64,000 nt of DNA, taken from Eledone cirrhosa (Eukaryota). The translations under genes were made by a program, and so were the position numbers. The DNA lies in contig OZ024743.1 in NCBI GenBank assembly GCA_964016885.1, forward strand, positions 182,714,001 to 182,778,000. Reading direction: 5' to 3'. Below, one piece after another: positions 37,733 through 50,194 of this stretch (within the stretch, counting starts at the first letter, position 1; each line of letters begins with the position of its first letter). The notes under the pieces were generated by a model. That model saw only the letters and a list, made by a program, of their open reading frames with translations, ran no database searches and was not told where the DNA came from.

Positions 37733-39604
37733 AATATTGTTATACTTGGGGAGGGTCATATTTGTGTAATATTGCCAGAATTAATAACAGAACACACTCA
37801 CTGTTTGGTTGGTTTTCGCTTTTCGCTTCTGTGTCTTTTATATCGGTAATCTAATTTATTCGGTCCTCAATGTTGCCATTGACTGACCAACGGTCAAAAA
37901 TAATACAGACAATATAGACACAAACACATATATATAGTTTATCAAAGTTCTTTTGTTGCACATCTGCAACATCGTCAGTGGTGCTATTGTTTCCTCCCGT
38001 TACATTGTATTTTCTACGCCATCTTTATTTAGTCTGTTTATATATTTATTTATTTGTTTATTTTATTTTGTCTTCTTTGCATATGCGTTTGCGTGTGTGT
38101 ATAGTGTTTTGTTTGATGTGTGTTCGTGATTGGGTGACTGTGTATTGGTTAATGTATTCTATCTTTACTAGTGTGTGTTTATATGTGTTTGTTGTTATTG
38201 TGCTTGTGTATGTATTTATTTATTTATTTATTTATCTATTTATTTATTTATTTATTTATTTATACTTCTCTTAGGTCAGTGTTGTTTGTTTGGGTGTTGT
38301 TGTTATTCCATTCATTCTTTCTGTTTAGCCTTGGCCTTCTAAGTTCTATTTCACTGGCCTCTCTGATTTGCCTATCTGCTGGGTCATTTCTATGTTTAGA
38401 TATTATTCTAATTTCTATGTTGTCTATGTTACCGCCGTGTTGTTGTCTGGCATGTTCGTATAGTACTGACTCGTTTTTTCGTCCTTTTAGTTCCCCCCAG
38501 TGTTGGTCTATCCTTTCACCTATGCTACGAGCTGTCTCGCCTATGTATGATACATTTCCTATTAGTACAGTGGGTTTTCTTAGGGAAATTAGCTAACCAG
38601 TGTAGAAAGGCCCTGAGAAAGACCCACTTAAAGATTAAGGTGGTAGAAAAGCCAGGAACCACCATAAAATCCCTGATCAGCAAAACCTACCCTTTTAAGA
38701 AAACCCACTGTACTAATAGGAAATGTATCATATGTAAAGTAAACCCCCGGATAAACTGTAAAACTAGAAACATAGTCTATAGCATAAGATGTACAGAGGG
38801 TACTTGTAGAAACATGACAACAACATACATAGGCGAGACAGCTCGTAGCATAGGTGAAAGGATAGACCAACACTGGGGGGAACTAAAAGGACGAAAAACG
38901 GGTCAGTACTATACGAACATGCCAGACAACAACACAACGGTAACATAGACAACATAGAAATTAGAATAATATCTAAACATAGAAATGACCCAGCAGATAG
39001 GCAAATCAGAGAGGCCAGTGAAATAGAACTTAGAAGGCCAAGGCTAAACAGAAAGAATGAATGGAATAACAACAACACTGACCTAAGAGAAGTATAAATA
39101 AATAAATAGATAAATAAATAAATACATACACAAGCACAATAACAACAAACACATATAAACACACACTAGTAAAGATAGAATACATTAACCAATACACAGT
39201 CACCCAATCACGAACACACATCAAACAAAACACTATACACACGCGCAAACGCATGCGCAAAGAAGACAAAATAAAATAAACAAATAAATAAATATAAAAA
39301 CAGACTAAATAAAGATGGCGTAGAAAATACAATGTAACGGGAGGAAACAATAGCACCACTGACGATGTTGCAGATGTGCAACGAAAGAACTTTGATAAAC
39401 TATATATATGTGTTTGTGTCTATATTGTATCTGTATTATTTTTGACCGTTGGTCAGTCAATGGCAACATTGAGGACCGAATAAATTAGATTACCGATATA
39501 AAAGACACAGAAGCGAAATGCGAAAACCAACCAAACAGTGAGTGTGTTCTGTTATTAATTCTGGCAATATTACACAAATATGACCCTCCCCAAGTATAAC
39601 AATA
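37733..39604. mobile_element. Neptune-like PLE 3' end as a fold-back (inverted arms ~0.8 kb), GIY-YIG remnant on +
   Basis: HCTNRKCIIC..NCKTRNIVYSIRC..YIGETARSIGERIDQH. 37733-38548 is the reverse complement of 38823-39604. Confidence 0.85.
39355..39396 (+). ncRNA. Type I hammerhead in PLE pLTR (mirror copy 37941-37982 on -, GAAA mutated)
   Basis: acca-CTGACGA-t-gttgca gatg tgcaac-GAAA-gaac-TT-tgat. Confidence 0.7.
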
Positions 39605-39936
39605 TCATTTTCATTTCATTTCATTTTACGTCCGCTTTTCCCTGCTTACAAGGGTGGGACGGGAACTGATTCTGGCTTGATTTCTACTGCTGGATTCCCT
39701 TCCTAACACCAACCTCATTTACAGTGAGTGCTGGGTGCTTTTTTGCCGTGGGACCTCCACGACCACTTTGCAGTGGAATGATAGAGACCCCAGTCCCTAT
39801 CATCTCATTTCTACAGCTGAGTAAACTGGAGCAATGTGAAATAAAGTCTCTTGCTCAAGGAAACAACACATCACCCAGTCTGAGAATTGAACTCACAAGC
39901 TTTCGATTGCAAGGCCAATGCTCTAACCACTAAGCC

Positions 39937-39940
<4 letters not shown>
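39605..39940 (-). mobile_element. tRNA-derived SINE with RTE-derived 3' tail
   Basis: A box tggcttagtgg and B box gagttcaattc. The 3' half matches the RTE 3' UTR. Same family as 44920. Confidence 0.85.
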
Positions 39941-39992
<52 letters not shown>

Positions 39993-40644
39993 TACTACTA
40001 TATGTCTGTATACATATATGTATGTACGTGTACATACTTATATTTAAGTAACAGCCGTACTAAGAGTGGGAAATGAAATTTTGTTTCATTTTTTCCGTTT
40101 ATATATATATATACATATATATATATCCAGTGTATATATATATATACATGTACATAGCAGTTGTCTGATAAGGTATCTATAGCATAACTGATACCATTGA
40201 AATGAATATAACAGCAATGGTGTAATTAATAAACTGATGTAAGATTGCAGAATACTGTGTTATTCTTCATTATTATACAAAAACTGCGCTATGCATAAAC
40301 CTGCAAGATTATATCACAGTCTGGAAACTACACTGCTTTGAGTGCCTAATTCTGCATATACAAGTATTATTTGATCAATACATACAACTAAGAAACAATT
40401 GATGAACACAGACAGACTAAATCATCATCATCATTGTTTAAAATCCATCTTCCACGCTAGCATGGGTTAGACGGTTTTGTTCCATGTGATGTGGGAATGG
40501 TTCGGAGACCATGTCTCGCTCGCACAGAAGTGTCTCTGGGAGGTTTTTTTTACAGCTGGATGCCCTTCCTAACACCAACAACATTTACAGTGTGGACTAA
40601 ATATATATATATACACACACACATATACATATATATATATATAA

Positions 40645-41550
40645 TCAGAACGGGATGGAAAAAGTTCAGAGAGCTTATACCGCTGTTGGCCACAAAAGGT
40701 TTCTCTCTAAAAATGAAAGGCAGATTGTATGATGCCTGTATATGAACAGCAATGCTACATGGCAGTGAGACATGGGCATTGTGTGCAGAGGACCTGCGCA
40801 AACTGGAAAGAAATGAAGCATGCATGCTCCGTTGGATGTGTAATAGTAATATACGTGAACAGCAAAGCATAAATGAACTAAGTGAGAAATTAGGTATAAA
40901 AGGGATCAGATGCTGTTTACTCGAGAGAAGACTACTTTTGTATGGTTACGTGATGCGCATGAAAGACGACAGCTGCATAAAAAAGTGCAGGGCGATCAAA
41001 ATTGATGAAAGTTACGGAGTAGGTAGACCCAGAAAAACCTGGGACGATTTGATAAATTCCGACCTCTCTAAGACAATGTCACTGGACCGAGATCTTCGGC
41101 ACCACGCAGTAATACAGAAGACCCACCTTGCTTATGTACAAAGCGAAACCTACAGTCAGTAGGCACCTCTTAACCAAATATACACCCCAATCCACTACCC
41201 CTACTCCATCCTCCCACTCCCACCAACACCACCCTCTCTCTGTAAAGTTGGTACCACAACATCCAGTCCAAATAAATGAGATAATGAGATCGAGATTGTG
41301 TAGGTGTCACAACAAAAAAAACACACAGTCCACGCTGTAATGTGGCCGTGTAGGTAACATGGTAAAAAGTTCCCAGTCCACACTGTAAATGTGGTTGGTG
41401 TTAGGAAGGGCATCCAGCCGTAGAAAACCTGCCAGATAGTCCTATACGAGCGAGACACAGTCACCCGACCAACCTTGCCTCAAATTGGGACAACTCCCAT
41501 CTAACCCATGCTAGCATGGAAGATGGAAGTTTAACGATGATGATGATGAT
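40645..41550 (+). mobile_element. RTE LINE 3' fragment with GAT tail (inverted 3' UTR piece at 40421-40598)
   Basis: [25 protein letters not shown]. Confidence 0.88.
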
Positions 41551-42516
41551 ATATATATATATATACATACATATATATATATACATACATATATATATAC
41601 ATACACATATATACATACATACACACACAAATATCTACATATAACATAAGAAAATGATAAAATGTTATAAAACTATCTGGCAATCATATCACTGTTTAAC
41701 ATCTGTTAGCATGATGGTGAACTGTACCAATGACAACAGTTGACTCTGGTTAATTAAACAAAAAGTCCAGATATGTATTCTTATCTACCTTACTATCAAT
41801 AGACAGGTAGATAGACAGACAGACAGACAGACAGACGGACAGACAGACAGACAGAATGGATGTGATTTGTTGAAAAAATACCTAACAGGTTTAAATATTT
41901 GAGGGAGGTGTAAAATAGAAGGCAGTGTATAAGGACTCTGTAAGTTGTACAGAAGTTTGCAGACTCAATTTACTGTGGAGATGGTATGGGGTTATTCTAC
42001 CTAATTTGCCATTGTTTTTATATTCTGATTCCTCACTTCAGTATGGGTTAAATAGAATTGTTTCTTTGATTGATTTTCTATCATTCTACCATTGATCAAT
42101 AATTATATCTGCCTCACCTTACTTTAAACCTTTTGGTACCAACCCATCCAAAATCCCCTCTGGTTCTACCAAACAAATCCATACTTTTTAAAGGGTTTCT
42201 ATTTAAATTAAAATCTTGCAACACAATTTGATATAAAAACCTGTTTGTTAAATTATGTTACAAATAATGAAATAACATATGGTTTTAGTAAACCCCTCAA
42301 AATTTTTCATTAATTCAAATAGCGTATTTTATTGTAAATATGGTTATGAGTGGGTTAAGTCATCTATTATTTTCTTTTAAAGTAAGTCCTACTGCTAACA
42401 AAAGAATAATGGCACCAACAGAGTAACATTGATCATTCTTTTGTTGATTAAGGCAAAGTTTCACATACATCAATTTAGTACATTAAAATGAATATATCAA
42501 CTTATATATATATAAA

Positions 42517-42742
42517 CTTGGTGAGCATAAAGTCTTTCCTTGATTATAAAATACCATATCTCAGATCCAATTTGAGATTTTACTTTTTCATTGTTTTAAT
42601 TTATAAATTTCAAGTTTCAAGTTTTGCTGAACATGTTTTACACTTTCTCTGCTACATGAAGTAGTTGTAATTTTCAGTATCAAAATGGCATCTATGAAAC
42701 AAAAAGCTGTTTTGGGGTTTCAAAGACTTTATGCGCACCCTG
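42517..42742. mobile_element. Degenerate Tc1/mariner-like MITE just downstream of the PRS stop codon
   Basis: ggtgagcataaagtcttt and aaagactttatgcgcaccctg are inverted ends, followed by TA. Confidence 0.5.
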
Positions 42743-42782
42743 TATGTGTGTATATATATAGCTAGTGATAAGTAAGAGGAGA

Positions 42783-43007
42783 TCATGGTAAAAGATCATA
42801 TCCCAAAAGGGAGTCAGCAATGGCATCACAAAGGGAAAGCAGCTTAAAAGGCTTATGCTGAGCAAGTTGAAGAGCATGAGGTACTGAATCTGTGATCCAG
42901 AAGTTATCAAAGATATCACTGTCAACAAAATTTTTCCAAGATTCTTTAGGAAAAACAGCATGTGTTACGTAGGCACTGATAGAAATGGCACCATGTTCAC
43001 GTAAAAT
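42783..43007 (-). CDS. PRS4: Class II ribose-phosphate pyrophosphokinase, last coding exon
   Basis: ttttcag|ATT. Translates ILREHGAISISAYVTHAVFP..FWITDSVP..LLP*. 225 nt, phase 0. Confidence 0.9.
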   Translation of the reverse strand: MLREHGAISISAYVTHAVFPKESWKNFVDSDIFDNFWITDSVPHALQLAQHKPFKLLSLCDAIADSLLGYDLLP

Positions 43008-43189
43008 CTGAAAAATATCAAACAAAAAATTATATTTTATAAACTAACACTAACATAGTATTTCATTTCATTCCTCGATATGCCCCACATTCACCTCCAT
43101 ACCCCTTCCATACAGCTCCCATGTCCTAACACACACACCCCTATACTTACCTCCCCAATCCCCTCACACCTCCCTCACTAAGTCCCTAG

Positions 43190-43466
43190 CCCACACAGTG
43201 AAGTGGTTGTGTTGGTGACAACAAAAAGCAACCAGTCCACACTGTAAAGTGGTCATGTAGGTGACATGACAAAAATCACCCAGTATACACTGTAAATGTG
43301 AATGGCATTAGGAAGGGCATCCAGCTGTAGAAACCAAGCCAAAATCAGTTCTCTGAGCAAGACATGGTGATCTGACCTGGTGTGTCTCACAAAGGAAAAA
43401 CTCATCTAACCCATGCTAGTGTGGAAAAATGGATGTTAAACAATAATGATGATGATAATGATGATG
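43190..43466 (+). mobile_element. Degenerate RTE/SINE 3' tail
   Basis: cacactgtaaagtgg..ttaggaagggcatccagctgtagaaa..GAT tail. Confidence 0.7.
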
Positions 43467-43781
43467 TTTTTTTCAAATCCCCAGCTAATGTTGAGCATGG
43501 ACTTTATTTTTCATCTATCTAGGGCTGATAAAAGAAGGACCATAAATATTCAAATATAAGCCAATCTATATATAACCCACCCACCCCTATTTTATGTCTG
43601 AGAAATAGGCAAACAAGAGAGAGGAGAGGCTGAGTGAGAAAAAAGAGAGGGCAAGAGTGAGCAAAGAGAAGAGAGCAAGAGCAATGAAATACAAGACAGA
43701 AAGATTGAAAGTAAAAGTTTAATTAAGTCCCAGAGAAAAACAGTTGGCGTATGTGTGTATGTTTGCATGCATGTATATGTT

Positions 43782-44610
43782 CAGTTCACACTGTAAAGTG
43801 GTAGCGCTGGTGCCACAATAAAAACCACCCAGTTCACCCTGTAAAGTGGTAGCGCTGGTGCCACAATAAAAACCACCCAGTTCACCCTGTAAAGTGGTAG
43901 CGCTGGTGCCACAATAAAAACCACCCAGTTCACCCTGTAAAGTGGTAGCACTGGTGCCACAATAAAAACCACCCAGTTCACCCTGTAAAGTGGTAGCGCT
44001 GGTGCCACAATAAAAACCACACAGTTCACCCTGTAAAGTGGTAGCGCTGGTGCCACAATAAAAACCACCCAGTTCACCCTGTAAAGTGGTAGCGCTGGTG
44101 CCACAATAAAAACCACCCAGTTCACCCTGTAAAGTGGTAGCGCTGGTGCCACAATAAAAACCACCCAGTTCACACTGTAAGGTGGTAGTGGTGATGCCAC
44201 AATAAAAACCACCCAGTTCACCCTGTAAGGTGGTAGTGCTGGTGCCACAATAAAAACCACCCTGTCCACCCTGTAAAGTGACAGTGCTGGCGCCACAATA
44301 AAAACCACCCAGTTCACCTGTAAGGTGGTAGTGCTGGTGCCACAATAGAAACCACCCAGTTCACCCTGTAAGGTGGTAGTGGTAGTGCCACAATAAAAAC
44401 CACCCAGTTCACCCTGTAAGGTGGTAGTGGTGATGCCACAATAAAAACCACCCAGTTCACCCTGTAAAGTGGTAGTGCTGGTGCCACAATAAAAACCGCC
44501 CTGTCCACCCTGTAAAGTGACAGTGCTGGCGCCACAATAAAAACCTCCCTGTCCACCCTGTAAAGTGGCAGTGCTGGTGTCACAATAAAAACCACCCAGT
44601 CCACACAGTC
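43782..44610. repeat. 48-bp minisatellite derived from RTE 3' UTR subrepeat
   Basis: Unit cagttcaccctgtaaagtggtagcgctggtgccacaataaaaaccacc, about 17 copies. Confidence 0.92.
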
Positions 44611-44919
44611 AGGTGATGATGATAATGATGATGATGAACCATGAGTGTGAAAGTTTTTAAATAGCAGGAGTTCTGTGTAGAAATCAATGTTTCACTGCAT
44701 TGTGGATGGCATGTAGTTTTGTGGTTTGATAAATTACATAATATTCATTCATGATTTATTCAAAGTAATCAAACTTATTTTAATAACGTGTTCAGAAAAA
44801 ATAAAAAGGACACAGTCTCGCAGTTCTTCAATCATTATATTATTAGGTGGTAACAAAAGTGTTAAAGACATAGACAGTGTCTTTTATTAATAATATTGTA
44901 TCGAAATGGTTAAAGACAG

Positions 44920-45306
44920 ACATGGCTTAGTGGTTAGAACATTGGCCTTGCAATCGAAAGGTTGTGAGTTCAATTCTCAGATCGGGTGATGTGTTGTTTC
45001 CTTGAGCAAGACACTTTATTTCACATTGCTCCAGTTCACTCAGCTGTAAAAATGAGATGATAGGGACTGGGGTCCCTATCATTCCACTGCAAAGTGGTCA
45101 TGGAGGTGCCACAGCAAAAAAACAGCCAGCCCACACTGTAAAGTGGACATGTAGGCACCACGGAAAAAAAGCACCCAGCACTCGCTGTAAATGAAGTTGG
45201 TTAGGAAGGGCATCCAGCTGTAGAAATCAAGCCAGAATCAGTTCCCGTCCCACCCTTGCAAGCAGGGAAAAGCAGGCGTAAAATGAAATGATGATGATGA
45301 TGATGA
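44920..45306 (+). mobile_element. tRNA-derived SINE with RTE-derived tail
   Basis: Has A and B boxes and a GAT tail. Homologous to 39605-39940. Confidence 0.85.
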
Positions 45307-45506
45307 CAGTGTCTTTTATTAGTATTATGGTAATGAAAGGGTTGATGACATAGGCAGTGTCATTCATTAAAAATATGGTAATGAAAACGTTAATTACATA
45401 GACAGTGTAATAATGTAATGAAAAGGTTATGTATCCCCCTTAATAATGTCAAAACAATTTCACTTGTGTTACATTTAGTGAGATCAGTTAGAAATCATAA
45501 GCTTAC

Positions 45507-45583
45507 CCTGCCAGATTCTTTCAAGGTTCCTCCAGTCAGTACCAAATCATCAATTATGATAACAGATTTTCCCTTTGGGTTTC
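45507..45583 (-). CDS. PRS4: Class II ribose-phosphate pyrophosphokinase exon (PRPP-binding loop)
   Basis: aag|GA..AGG|gtaagc. Translates (G)NPKGKSVIIIDDLVLTGGTLKESGR. Phases are consistent with the neighbouring exons. Confidence 0.92.
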
Positions 45584-45716
45584 CTTTAAACAGAAAACAA
45601 GAAAATATGTCATAGAATTCATAGACAAAAAACAATTTAAATATATGTAGCAGTCTGTGTGTGTGTATTTACTGACATGGTACTTATCAAACCCATGTCA
45701 ACATGAAGAGTGGATG

Positions 45717-46147
45717 GATGGTAGTGATGGTGATGATGGTGGTGATGGTGGTGGTGGTTGTGATGATGGTGGTGGTGATGATGGTTGTGGTGGTGGTGAT
45801 GGTGGTGGTGATGATGGTGGTGATGATGATGGTGGTGATGATGGTGGTGGTGATGATGGTGGTGGTGATGATGGTGGTGGTGGTGATGGTGGTGGTGGTG
45901 ATGGTGGTGGTGGTGATGGTGGTGGTGGTGATGGTAGTGATGGTGGTGGTAGTGATGATGGTGGTGGTAGTGATGATGGTGGTGGTAGTGATGATGGTGG
46001 TGGTAGTGATGATGGTGGTGGTGGTGGTGGTGGTGGTGGTGGTGGTGGTGGTGGTGGTGGTGGTGGTGGTGGTGGTGATGAGGGTGATTACGATAATCAA
46101 GGTGATGATGATGGTGGGGATGATGATGGTGGGGATGATGATGATGG
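45717..46147. repeat. (GGT/GAT)n trinucleotide repeat, intronic
   Basis: Seen directly in the sequence. Confidence 0.95.
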
Positions 46148-46772
46148 CATCTATTTCCCAAGGCTAGCATTTCATTTGCATATTGTTCAACCAATTGTCT
46201 TTATCCTTCGAATGCCCTTTCTAACAGCTTAGCCCCCCCATACATTGAGCTATAGAGTAGGAGTAAAAGTAGAGTCTGTTTTTATTGTAGACAAGAAGAC
46301 AGAGCTGAACTGGGCTTGGTGTCCATCTTGTGGATACAACAACATTAGTAGAGAGTTTGAACTCACCACTACCACCACCACAATTACCACTACCACAACT
46401 ACCACCACCAGTAGAGAAGTTGCTTTAGTTTTGCTGGAGATAAAGCAAACTTTGTAGTGTTGCTACCATAAAAAATGCACTCAATACACTGTGTCAATGA
46501 ATGAGGAAAACATGACCTTTTCATCTTTCCAGGGACATGACAACCTCCCTAGAGCTGGTATCATGATAAAATGAACTCGGTGCACTGTAAAGTGGTTAGC
46601 ATTAGGAAGGACATCCAGCCATGTGTGATGTCGTCCCTGACCTATCTATGAAAACAGTAACTCTAAAGAACTGTGATAATCCTTCCAACCCATGCCAGTA
46701 ATGGAAAGTTGACATAAAAATGATGAAAAAATATAGAGAAGTAAGAAAAGTAGAAAGAAATATATGTGAATT

Positions 46773-48178
46773 GAACACCTGTACAATCTTAAAGGTAAGT
46801 CACATTGATGGTTCTAAAACTAGGAACACCTGTACAACCCTAAAGGTAAGTCACAGTGATGGTTCTAAAACTAGGGACACCTGTAAGGTAAGTTACATTG
46901 ATGGTTCTAAAACTAGGAACACCTGTAAAGTAAGTTACATTGATGGTTCTAAAACTAGGAACACCTGTAAAGTAAGTTACACTGATGGTTCTAAAACTAG
47001 GAACACCTGTAAAGTAAGTTACACTGATGGTTCTAAAACTAGGAACACCTGTAAGGTAAGTTACATTGATGGTTCTAAAACTAGGAACACCTGTCAAGTA
47101 AGTTACATTGATGGTTCTAAAACTAGGAACACCTGTAAAGTAAGTTACACTGATGGTTCTAAAACTAGGAACACCTGTAAGGTAAGTTACATTGATGGTT
47201 CTAAAACTAGGAACACCTGTAAAGTAAGTTACACTGATGGTTCTAAAACTAGGAACACCTGTAAAGTAAGTTACATTGATGGTTCTAAAACTAGGAACAC
47301 CTGTAAAGTAAGTTACGCTGATGGTTCTAAAACTAGGAACACCTGTAAAGTAAGTTACACTGATGGTTCTAAAACTAGGAACACCTGTAAAGTAAGTTAC
47401 ACTGATGGTTCTAAAACTAGGAACACCTGTAAAGTAAGTTACGCTGATGGTTCTAAAACTAGGAACACCTGTAAAGTAAGTTACATTGATGGTTCTAAAA
47501 CTAGGAACACCTGTAAAGTAAGTTACTTTGATGGTTCTAAAACTAGGAACACCTGTAAGGTAAGTTACTTTGATGGTTCTAAAACTAGGAACACCTGTAA
47601 GGTAAGTTACATTGATGGTTCTAAAACTAGGAACACCTGTAAAGTAAGTTACTTTGATGGTTCTAAAACTAGGAACACCTGTAAGGTAAGTTACTTTGAT
47701 GGTTCTAAAACTAGGAACACCTGTAAGGTAAGTTACATTGATGGTTCTAAAACTAGGAACACCTGTAAAGTAAGTTACTTTGATGGTTCTAAAACTAGGA
47801 ACACCTGTAAGGTAAGTTACTTTGATGGTTCTAAAACTAGGAACACCTGTAAGGTAAGTTACACTGATGGTTCTAAAACTAGGAACACCTGTAAGGTAAG
47901 TTACATTGATGGTTCTAAAACTAGGAACACCTGTAAGGTAAGTTACGCTGATGGTTCTAAAACTAGGAACACCTGTAAGGTAAGTTACTTTGATGGTTCT
48001 AAAACTAGGAACACCTGTAAGGTAAGTTACTTTGATGGTTCTAAAACTAGGAACACCTGTAAGGTAAGTTACACTGATGGTTCTAAAACTAGGAACACCT
48101 GTAAAGTAAGTTACACTGATGGTTCTAAAACTAGGAACACCTGTAAAGTAAGTTACACTGATGGTTCTAAAACTAGGA
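46773..48178. repeat. 42-bp minisatellite (acacctgtaargtaagttacaytgatggttctaaaactagga)n, intronic
   Basis: About 33 copies. Confidence 0.95.
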
Positions 48179-48295
48179 AAGAAAAATAAATAGGAAATGA
48201 TGATGATGATGAAAATCATTAGAAGGTAAAAGTGTGTGTTTGTGTGTGTGTATGTGTCCAGTTGTCCTCATATCCATATTTAGTAAAGGACTTAC

Positions 48296-48480
48296 CATCT
48301 TTAATCTGAACAATTCTTTTTGAACCATTTCTTATCTTATTACAGATTATGGTGTCTGCATTGGGAAAATAACGTTGAAAGCGTTTGCAGGCACCATCAT
48401 CTGGGAAAGCTACTGTGTACTTATCCTGGCCAAACATATTCTCCAACTCAAGTTTCACCAGAGGAATGGCAGATTCCAAT
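48296..48480 (-). CDS. PRS4: Class II ribose-phosphate pyrophosphokinase exon
   Basis: ctag|A TTG..GAT G|gtaagt. Translates LESAIPL..VAFPDDGACKRF..ICNKIRNGSKRIVQIKD. Confidence 0.92.
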
Positions 48481-48514
48481 CTAGGAAGAAACAAACAAAA
48501 TAATTAAATTTTAA

Positions 48515-49384
48515 ACACAACTGTACTGTTTGTTGACCTTACAATATAACAATGAACACTCCCTAATATATCTGTACTGTTTGATGACACTGTAATGTAA
48601 CAATGAACACTCCCTAATACAACTGTACTGTTTGATGACAGTGTAATGTGACAATGAATACTCCCTAATACAACTGTACTGTTTGGTGACAGTGTAATGT
48701 GACAATGAACACTCCTTAATACAACTGTACTGTTTGATGACAGTGTAATGTGACAATGAACACTCCTTAATACAACTGTACTGTTTGATGACAGTGTAAT
48801 GTGACAATGAACACTCCTTAATACAACTGTACTGTTTGGTGACAGTGTAATGTGACAATGAACACTCCTTAATACAACTGTACTGTTTGATGACAGTGTA
48901 ATGTGACAATGAACACTCCTTAATACAACTGTACTGTTTGGTGACAGTGTAATGTGACAATGAACACTCCTTAATACAACTGTACTGTTTGATGACAGTG
49001 TAATGTGACAATGAACACTCCTTAATACAACTGTACTGTTTGATGACAGTGTAATGTGACAATGAACACTCCTTAATACAACTGTACTGTTTGGTGACAG
49101 TGTAATGTGACAATGAACACTCCTTAATACAACTGTACTGTTTGGTGACAGTGTAATGTGACAATGAACACTCCTTAATACATCTGTACTGTTTGATGAC
49201 ACTGTACTATAACAATGAACACTCCCTAATATATCTGTACTGTTTGATGACACTGTAATGTAACAATGAACACTCCCTAATACATCTGTTCTGTTTGATG
49301 ACAGTGTAATGTGACATTGAACACTCCCTAATACATCTGTACTGTTTGATGACACTGTACTGTAACAATGAACACTCCCTAATT
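48515..49384. repeat. 51-bp minisatellite, intronic
   Basis: Unit aatgaacactccttaatacaactgtactgtttgrtgacagtgtaatgtgac, about 17 copies. Confidence 0.95.
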
Positions 49385-50194
49385 TATACACAGCTCCGAA
49401 CCTCCAGAGGGCATAGCATGGTCAAATGGTTAACCTTTTAGCATTCACATTACTCTATATATACTATTATATTTTCATGGTAAAGGCTTTACCTCGCATA
49501 ATTATCTCACATAATATCGAATCTATGAGATTTTGAAAGTATTTATTTTGAGAACAATACCTTAACATCAGTTTGAGTGACCAGTTACAGACAGTTTCAA
49601 CAGAAAAAGGTGGAGAATTCTGGCCGGTTTGAACATTAAAGGGTTAAGGAGCTTGTTTCATAATCATATTGATTGTGAAACAAGCTCCCAGGTTCAATCC
49701 CATTTTGTGACATCTTAGACAAAATGTCATTTACCATAGCTTCAGGTTGACTCATGATTTGTTAGTGAAATTGGGTAGACAGAGACTGTTTGGAAGCCTG
49801 TCAGGACCAGCTTTGTCATACAGTGTCATGCTGAATCTCCCTGAGAATTATATTAAGGGTACATGTGTCTGTGGAATGCTCAACCACTTACACATTAAGT
49901 TTTAGACCATGTTCTTCTGTTGATAAAAAAACTGGGACACTCATCGTTGAAACTGACAGAGGTCCATTCCTGTTTACTTAGAAACCATAGGGTTTCTCTA
50001 TTGGATTCTGCCCTAGGCCTTTAAGTTGGAGCTAAAGATTATTATTAATTCTTCAACCCTATTGGGCTCTCTATATAATATACCCTAGGCCTGTAATTAC
50101 TAATTCTTTAACCCTATAGGGCCCTCTATATAATATACCCTGGACCTGTAATGACTATTATTAGTTCAACTCTATTCTAAAAAAAGGGTCTAAA

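Noticed and set aside
44920-44990. tRNA gene
   Set aside because: The A and B boxes belong to a SINE head, and there is no complete cloverleaf. The same applies to 6221 and 39870.
45637-46232. Poly-His, poly-Gly and poly-Thr ORFs
   Set aside because: They are translations of an intronic GGT/GAT trinucleotide repeat.
46720-48219. 489-aa and 459-aa repetitive ORFs
   Set aside because: They come from a 42-bp minisatellite in a PRS intron and are open on both strands by unit arithmetic, with no domain similarity.
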